NCBI GenBank assembly: GCA_964016885.1
Contig: OZ024742.1
Coordinates: 330,832,001 to 330,896,000, forward strand
DNA: 64,000 nucleotides
Direction: 5' to 3'
From: Eledone cirrhosa
Taxonomy: Eukaryota
This document shows, piece after piece, positions 63,140 through 64,000 of the stretch. Numbering within the stretch: position 1 is the first letter of the stretch; each line of letters opens with the position of its first letter. A model generated the notes under the pieces. It was not told the DNA's origin. It saw only the letters and a list, made by a program, of their open reading frames with translations, and did not search any database. The translations under genes and the position numbers were made by a program.

Positions 63140-64000
63140 TGCACTTATGGCATTCCTACTTTTCAGATGTGATTTTTATACGCTACTTACTCTCCGAATG
63201 TACTCAGATATTATCAATTCCTTATATCCTCAAAGCAACAGCAAATGCGGTGAGAAAATTACTTGGCATAAAAACGCGAGGAAACAACAAACAAGAAAGA
63301 TCAGAACCTTGGTGGAAGAAACGACTGAATGGTCAAATCAGGAACATGAGAAATGACATTGGAAAGCTTGAGTCCCTACTGAATGGGACACTAAAAAACA
63401 TAGACACTAAAAATAGACTGTAAATAAAGTACAAAACTAGGAGGAAAAAGCTAAATATTATCATAGAGGGACTGAAGCAACGCATTGTAGCAAAGAGTGC
63501 AAAGATTAGGCGATATGAGCCAGTGAGTATAGACAGAACCGAATGTTTGACAACAACCAGAAGATGTTGTTTGGACACCTTGAAGGGAAAGAAAGAGACA
63601 ACGAATTGATCCCTGAGGCGGAACAGACTAAGACATTCTGGAGAGCAATATGGGAGCAGTATGTTGAACATAATGATCAGGCATTGTAGATTGAGACAGT
63701 ACAAAAGGAGATTAGTGAACAGGCACACCAACAAATTGATTTGACTATCACAGTTGAAACGCTTAAAGGGCAGGCCAAAAAATAACCAACTGAAAATCAC
63801 CAGGCCCAGATGGTGTGCAGGGGTATTGGATTAAAATTATAACATCCCTCCACTCGAAACTGACAACCATGTTCAATGATTGCTTGATGTCAAGTGAGGT
63901 ATCAGAGTGGTTGACAAAAGGTACCACAGTTCTGGTAATGAAAGACTGAATCAAGGGTAATGATGTTACCAACTATAGACTTATCGCATGCCTGTCCGTA
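63140..64000 (+). mobile_element. R4/Dong-like retrotransposon N-terminal/RT-start fragment, opposite orientation
   Basis: EPWWKKRLNGQI, LKQRIVAKSAKIRRYE, KSPGPDGVQGYWIK, WLTKGTTVL, NYRLIACL; runs off the window. Confidence 0.85.

Overview
AT-rich, non-coding eukaryotic DNA, most likely from an octopod cephalopod (inferred from the SINE family and the extreme (TA)n/(CA)n content). No intact protein-coding gene is supported, and most track ORFs are microsatellite translations. The window is a nest of retroelement debris. It holds two near-full-length frameshifted Penelope-like elements (PLE; RT + GIY-YIG, Neptune-like), many 5'-truncated PLE ends, R4/Dong-like, Tx1-like and RTE-like LINE fragments, tRNA-derived SINEs, a non-autonomous Helitron, kilobase compound (TA)n arrays and a 200-N gap. 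The main hidden structure, read by eye, is roughly 25 type-I hammerhead ribozyme (HHR) motifs from more than a dozen dissimilar sequence families. They mostly lie near the 3' end of short modules bounded by (TA)n, and many modules fold back into long palindromes. HHRs in PLE termini are known; their density, diversity, core variants and TA association here are the observations worth testing. Element boundaries are approximate.
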